Source of the DNA: Candidatus Azotimanducaceae bacterium
GTDB lineage: Bacteria; Pseudomonadota; Gammaproteobacteria; Pseudomonadales; Azotimanducaceae
DNA length: 64,000 bases
Assembly (NCBI GenBank): GCA_965261535.1
Contig: OZ253469.1
Span: 2,924,099 to 2,988,098 of the forward strand
Direction: 5' to 3'
Shown one piece after another: positions 59,646 through 64,000 of this stretch. The notes below the pieces were generated by a model, which searched no databases, was not told the DNA's origin, and was given only the letters and a program-made list of their open reading frames with translations. Positions within the stretch are counted from its first letter, which is position 1. Every line of letters begins with the position of its first letter. A program made the translations under genes and the position numbers.

Positions 59646-60085
59646 TCGAGCGTCGGTGTCTTGCGACCGAGGACTTTCAGCCCCGCACGGCCGTCGAGCG
59701 GCGCGAAGTCCGTGATGCGGTTGCCGCCGCGGTCGAGTTCCTCGAGCCGCGTCAGGGACGCGAGCGCCGCCAGCTCGTGCGCGCCGATCACCGCCCCCGG
59801 CGTCTGGCCCAGCACCGCCTCCACGTGGCCCCGCAGAGCCGCGTCCGCAACCGACTCCGCCGGCCCCGGGTCCGAACCCGGTGCCGACACCGCCCGACTC
59901 TGCAGCGTCAACCCAAGGCCCCGCCCCGTCAACGACGACGGCTTCAACAGCCCCGGCACCGCGTACGCAAACAGCGTACGTTCCTCCTCGTCCGCTACCC
60001 ACAACGTCTCACCGTCCGACCACAGGCCGAACGGCCTCATGTCCTCCATATGCCCTCCGGTCGGGCGCCGCGTGAACTCCGCCAA
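59642..60085 (-). pseudogene. 5-prime-truncated paralog fragment of the WSDG-repeat/LRR protein
   Basis: GLWSDGETLWVADEEERTLFAYAVPGL...AVIGAHELAAL...GGNRITDFAPL parallels the C-terminus of 50507..54235, with most LRRs missing. Abuts the transposase remnant. Confidence 0.5.
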
Positions 60086-60319
60086 CGCGATACCGATCTA
60101 CTCGTACCCTTTGCGCATGCATTCGATCAAGGCAACAACTTTCGAGTGATTGTCATAGGCAATCGGCTGTCGGTCAACGGTCGCATGGGCGTTCTGTCCG
60201 TCGCACGGAAGTTCCCACTCCGGGGGCTGGGGTGCGGACGCGCGGGGCGCTGGGTGGGGGCCGGCAAGACGATGAGGCGGGCGGCTATGGATGCGAACGC
60301 GTCGGGGTTTTGGCCGTGA

Positions 60320-60891
60320 GCCCAGTGGGCTGTCAGTGCCCGCTACGCGGTCGGCTGGATGGTCGCCGACCGGGAGAACTCGGTGCTGGCCAGTCATCTC
60401 ATCGAAGAAACCTGCCACAAACAGAGGGTGTCCAGCCCCAGGTGCTCACCCTGCACTCCGACCGCGGCGCGCCAATGACCAGCAAGTGCACCGCACAACT
60501 GCTCGCCGATCTCGGCGTGACCCGCTCACTGAGCCGCCCCCAGGTGTCCGACGACAATCCGTTCTCCGAGGCGCAGTTCAAGACCCTGAAGTACCACCCC
60601 GGCTTCCCTGGCCGCTTCCACGACATCACCGCCGCGATCGCCTTCTGCCGCACGTTCTTCCCCTGGTACAACACCGAGCATCGCCATGGCGGGATTGCGA
60701 TGCTCACCCCGGACGACGTCCATCATCATCGAACCGAAAGCGTGCTGGACCAGCGCGGGCGCACCCTTCAAGCCGCCTGGACCCGTCATCCCGAACGCTT
60801 CGTTCGAGGCATCCCAAAAACCAGACCCCTTCCCGAAGCGGTCTGGATCAATCCACCCGTGACATCCACGACCGGAGACACTGCTCAGTAA
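60320..60891 (+). mobile_element. remnant of an IS3-type (rve/integrase-core) transposase, 5-prime truncated and frameshifted
   Basis: AVGWMVADRENSVLASHLIEE is in one frame. LTLHSDRGAPMTS...DDNPFSEAQFKTLKYHPGFP...WYNTEHRHGGIAMLTP is in ORF 60232..60891. No orfA and no terminal repeats were seen. Confidence 0.7.
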
Positions 60892-61720
60892 ATCGCTATC
60901 AGCTGTGTCTCAAAGTCGTTGACAGGTTCCGCTCGGTAGGGACGAACTCGCGACCATAGGACTCCCGGCAGCCGCCTCTCTGCTGGCCATTGCAGCCCAG
61001 GAACGAGTGTCGGTGATGTGCGGGTCCGCGCGAAGGGCACTCGTGCGTGGGTCGATTGGCCGTTCGCCGGAGCTGGCAATGCCGCCACGGTGACGGGTCT
61101 GGTAACGGGAAAGACATAACGAGCTGGGAACCGAGAGCGTACGGGGGACTGGTCGCTCCCGACTCACGGCGCGCCCCAAGGCCCGCTGTCAGGAGTGACG
61201 AGGAGAACGCCGTGGCATCTCACCAACGTGTGGCTCGAGTTTGCGAACGAGCCGGAGGACATCGAGTCCTATTGCGTGACGTTCAGTCTCGACGCGGACG
61301 CTTCCGGACCATGTCAATCTGTACATAGCTCCCCTCAATCAGGCGATCAACCAGATCGCCTTCTGCGGCGGTGCTCCAAACGCACATCGATGGTCACCTG
61401 GACAGGGACGAATTCAAGCAGCTTCCAACGCAAGGGTAGGGGAGTGATCTTCTCTCGTTGGGGCGTACGGGCGTGGAGTGCCATCCAGTGGGCTCCAAGT
61501 GGTCTCGTCGAGAGCTCCGGCCACGAGGGGAGTTTCATCAGTGTGCGCAACGACTTCTCCTGGCGCGAAGGAAGCTGGCGACTCTGCCTGCGCAAGGCCA
61601 GGGGTCGTCAAAGGACATCTGGCTCCGACCCCTGCGCAAGGACTGGAAGCGCATCCTCAATCGGTAGATCTGCAACCGTCACGACTCGACCGAACGCTTA
61701 CGGCTAGCGAAACGTCCGTG

Positions 61721-62500
61721 ATGAGCCTGCTGGCGAGTCCGGAAGGCCACCTCACGAACCTTTCCGCGGGTGAGCCGGCGGCGCTCCACGGCGATGGCGT
61801 GCATACGGTTCCGCTGTTCCCCTCGGCGGCGGATGCACTGGGGCGGCAAGGCTTCGTGCGCGTCGTGAACCGTTCCAACGCGGCGGGCGAGGTGCGCATC
61901 CAACCCTACGATGATAGCGGGCGCGCGTACGAGGCCCTCAAGCTCGCCCTGGGCGCCGGACGGACAGCGCACTTCAATTCGGACGACCTAGAACTGGGCA
62001 ACGCCGCCAAAGGCATTGCGGGGAGCACGGGATCGGGAACGGGCGACTGGCGCCTGGAACTGTCGAGCGAACTCGACATCGAGGTGCTGACCTACGTGCG
62101 CACACCGAGCGGTTTTCTGACGTCAATGCACGACACGGTTTTCCGGACCGGACGACGGCATGAGGTGGCCATGTTCAATCCTGGAAGCAACACGGAGCAG
62201 GAAAGCCGCCTGCGAATCGTCAACCCGGGATCCCGGCCGGCGCCTGTCTCCGTCGCAGGCGTGGACGACGCAGGGATGTCTTCCGGAGACGTCGTGCGGG
62301 TGACGATTCCCGCGACAGCGGCGGTTACGCTGACGGCGGCGCAGATGGAGGGCGGAGACGATTCGTTGCGCGGGGCGATGGGCGACGGCACGGGCAAGTG
62401 GCGGCTGCTGGTCGACAGCGAGCAGCGCGTGTTCGTGATGAGCGTTCTGGCCAGCCCGACCGGGCACTTGACGAATCTCTCAACGAATCCAAACCCGTAA
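61721..62500 (+). CDS. hypothetical secreted-type protein with terminal ASPxGHLTNLS motif
   Basis: Part of ORF 61478..62500. MSLLASPEGHLTNLS occurs at the start and VMSVLASPTGHLTNLS at the end, bracketing two similar halves (GDWRLELS / GKWRLLVD). The upstream sequence looks degraded. Confidence 0.5.
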   Translation: MSLLASPEGHLTNLSAGEPAALHGDGVHTVPLFPSAADALGRQGFVRVVNRSNAAGEVRIQPYDDSGRAYEALKLALGAGRTAHFNSDDLELGNAAKGIAGSTGSGTGDWRLELSSELDIEVLTYVRTPSGFLTSMHDTVFRTGRRHEVAMFNPGSNTEQESRLRIVNPGSRPAPVSVAGVDDAGMSSGDVVRVTIPATAAVTLTAAQMEGGDDSLRGAMGDGTGKWRLLVDSEQRVFVMSVLASPTGHLTNLSTNPNP

Positions 62501-62916
62501 CGCGCAGCGTGCGATCCACAGCCCTCCAAGTCTGTTTTGGAAGGGACCCGTCGCCCCCCCCCCAATTCGACTCGACATGCTACTGACTCGCGCAGTCGGT
62601 GCCTGAGCGTCTGCTGTCCTTGTTCGAAACCGTCATCCCTTCCCACCTCGATTCGCGCGCATGCAAGTCCCCGGCGAGACGATGAGAAGTGGCCCCGGAA
62701 TATTGAACGGTCCAGTTTTCTTGGAGGCAGGTCAATGGTACGGTTTCTCCCGTTTTCCGCGCATTCGGGACGGACCCCTTGCCGATCGGCTACGCCCGCG
62801 TATCGACCGACGACCAGAGGCTCGGTTCTGCAGCGCGGCGCGCGCCGGTTTGGGTGGGCACGCCGCCAAGGGGTCGGACCAGGATCGCGTTGAGTAGGAC
62901 ACGACCGACAGTCACC

Positions 62917-63342
62917 ATGCGAGGCGCAGCAGACAACTCGGGGCTCTTGAAGGAGATGCTCAAGCCTGCCGTGCCGGCGATCTTCGCACTGATCGCCGCG
63001 GGGTCGGCCGGGGCCCACGAAGACGACGGCATCGCCTCGGACTGCCTGGAAGTGGTGGCCGAGGGGGAGCGCTGGCAGATTCGCAACGGATGTGACGTGA
63101 AGGTCCATATCGCGTGGTGCGAGGAGGAGGATGGAGGCTACTGCTCTTGGAAGGGCGGCCCCAACCTCGAGCCCGGAGGCACGCACTCGACGGGACTGGT
63201 CAGCGACGTTGCGTTGGGTTCGGCGCTGAATACCAGAGTCTCGCAATGGGGCGGAGTAGCTCGGAACCCAACGGCTGCCGGTGCGTCGCATTGGCGCATC
63301 CCTCATACTGCGTTGTGTCCTGACCGGAGGAACGGCGTTTGA
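62917..63342 (+). CDS. small secreted Cys-containing hypothetical protein
   Basis: Signal-like MLKPAVPAIFALIAAGSAGA. Alternative start at 62956. Its stop overlaps the TTG start of the following FGE-domain gene. Confidence 0.4.
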   Translation: MRGAADNSGLLKEMLKPAVPAIFALIAAGSAGAHEDDGIASDCLEVVAEGERWQIRNGCDVKVHIAWCEEEDGGYCSWKGGPNLEPGGTHSTGLVSDVALGSALNTRVSQWGGVARNPTAAGASHWRIPHTALCPDRRNGV

Positions 63343-64000
63343 CTAAGAGTTCACCTTCAGTCTGGATCGCAGCATTTGGGATCATTCTCGCGTTCAATTC
63401 AAACCCCGCAGAGCTGCCTCCCGAGATCCAGGTGGACCGGTTGCTGGTCCAAGCTGAGCGCCAGTCCGTGAACGGTGAGCATGCGTCCGCCGTGTTGACA
63501 CTGGAGCGAGCTCTGGATGTCTACGAGGAGCACGACTTGGAGATTCCTGCTGTGTTCTGGTTTCTGCAGGCCGGGGCACAACAGCGGGCGGGTTTCCATG
63601 AGCGGGCCATCGAAGCGGCAACCCGTTATCTGCAGAAGGCGGGGCGCGAGGGTGAACTCTATCGGGACGCATTGAAGATCCTGGACGAAGCGGAGGTCGA
63701 TCTGGCTGAGGCCCGTCGAGCCGAGGCTCAAGTTCGCGCCGAACAGGAACGCGCGGAGCGCGAAGCGGCGGCGAAGGCGGCAATACGCCAAGCGGCCCAA
63801 GCGCGACCCACGAAACCGCCAGAGATGATCGTCGTCCCGTCGGGGACGTTCCGGATGGGGTGCCTCTCGATGAAGGGCATCCGCGGGCGCGGGATGGGAC
63901 GGAATTGCCCGCGGCCGGAACTGCCCGTCCATAAGGTGCGAATCGAATCCTTTCGGTTGGCGAAGTACGAGACCACGGTCGAGGAGTTCAATCACTTCCT
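63339..64000 (+). CDS. FGE-sulfatase domain protein with the shared helical N-module (partial, runs off the window)
   Basis: TTG at 63339 lies 7 nt after GGAGGA. ELPPEIQVDRLLVQAERQ...IPAVFWF...ATRYLQKAGREGELY parallels the DGR targets, then MIVVPSGTFRMGC...FRLAKYETTV begins the FGE domain. No stop before 64000, so it is absent from the ORF track. Confidence 0.7.
   Translation, partial: MTKSSPSVWIAAFGIILAFNSNPAELPPEIQVDRLLVQAERQSVNGEHASAVLTLERALDVYEEHDLEIPAVFWFLQAGAQQRAGFHERAIEAATRYLQKAGREGELYRDALKILDEAEVDLAEARRAEAQVRAEQERAEREAAAKAAIRQAAQARPTKPPEMIVVPSGTFRMGCLSMKGIRGRGMGRNCPRPELPVHKVRIESFRLAKYETTVEEFNHF

Noticed and set aside
61195-61707. ORF 61195..61707, with protein-like stretches (VIFSRWGVRAWSAIQW..SGHEGSFISVRNDFSWREGSWRLCL).
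   Set aside because: The composition is partly plausible, but the ORF ends in Arg/Ser-rich sequence, overlaps the frame of the next gene and matches no family I can name. It is treated as a degraded region.

Overview
High-GC bacterial window in two parts. Positions 1-20.2 kb carry ordinary chromosomal genes. These are an FAH-family hydrolase, an SbcD/SbcC-like (YhaO/YhaN-type) nuclease-ATPase pair, an SDR, class III alcohol dehydrogenase, an amidohydrolase, an aldo/keto reductase, two tandem membrane paralogs, bioD-bioA, a frame-broken PhyH dioxygenase, a four-carbon acid sugar kinase, a secreted HExxH protein, a HepT/MNT toxin-antitoxin pair, a histone-deacetylase-family enzyme and a carotenoid oxygenase. 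From about 20.26 kb to the window end lies a mosaic, partly decayed accessory region that opens with a P4-type tyrosine integrase. The main result is a diversity-generating retroelement (DGR) at 24.9-29.2 kb. Its order is FGE-sulfatase/C-type-lectin-fold target 1 with C-terminal VR1, Avd, reverse transcriptase, an AAC-rich template repeat (TR), then paralogous target 2 with VR2. A third cognate VR sits about 18 kb away on the opposite strand, in a target gene that has an in-frame TAG. Mismatches between TR and each VR fall mostly on TR adenines, and each VR is followed by a GC-rich hairpin. The RT frame is broken by a 41-nt palindromic insertion inside the IGxxxSQ motif and by a G-run frameshift, so the element may be inactive or mis-assembled. 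Other accessory content includes a second integrase with an NYN protein, more FGE-domain paralogs and fragments, and a split M12B-like metalloprotease with Calx-beta domains. There is also a divergent ParB-like / membrane-inserted patatin pair, and an intact IS1380-family element with a 4-bp CTAG duplication at the patatin stop codon. The remainder comprises an ankyrin protein, a roughly 2,270-aa LTD/Calx-beta/cadherin-like/LRR surface protein split by a TAG and a homopolymer frameshift, a secreted PEP/pyruvate-binding-domain protein, and remnants of an IS3-type transposase and a serine recombinase. Several frame breaks coincide with homopolymer runs, so sequencing error competes with true pseudogenisation. 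No tRNA, rRNA or CRISPR array was seen.
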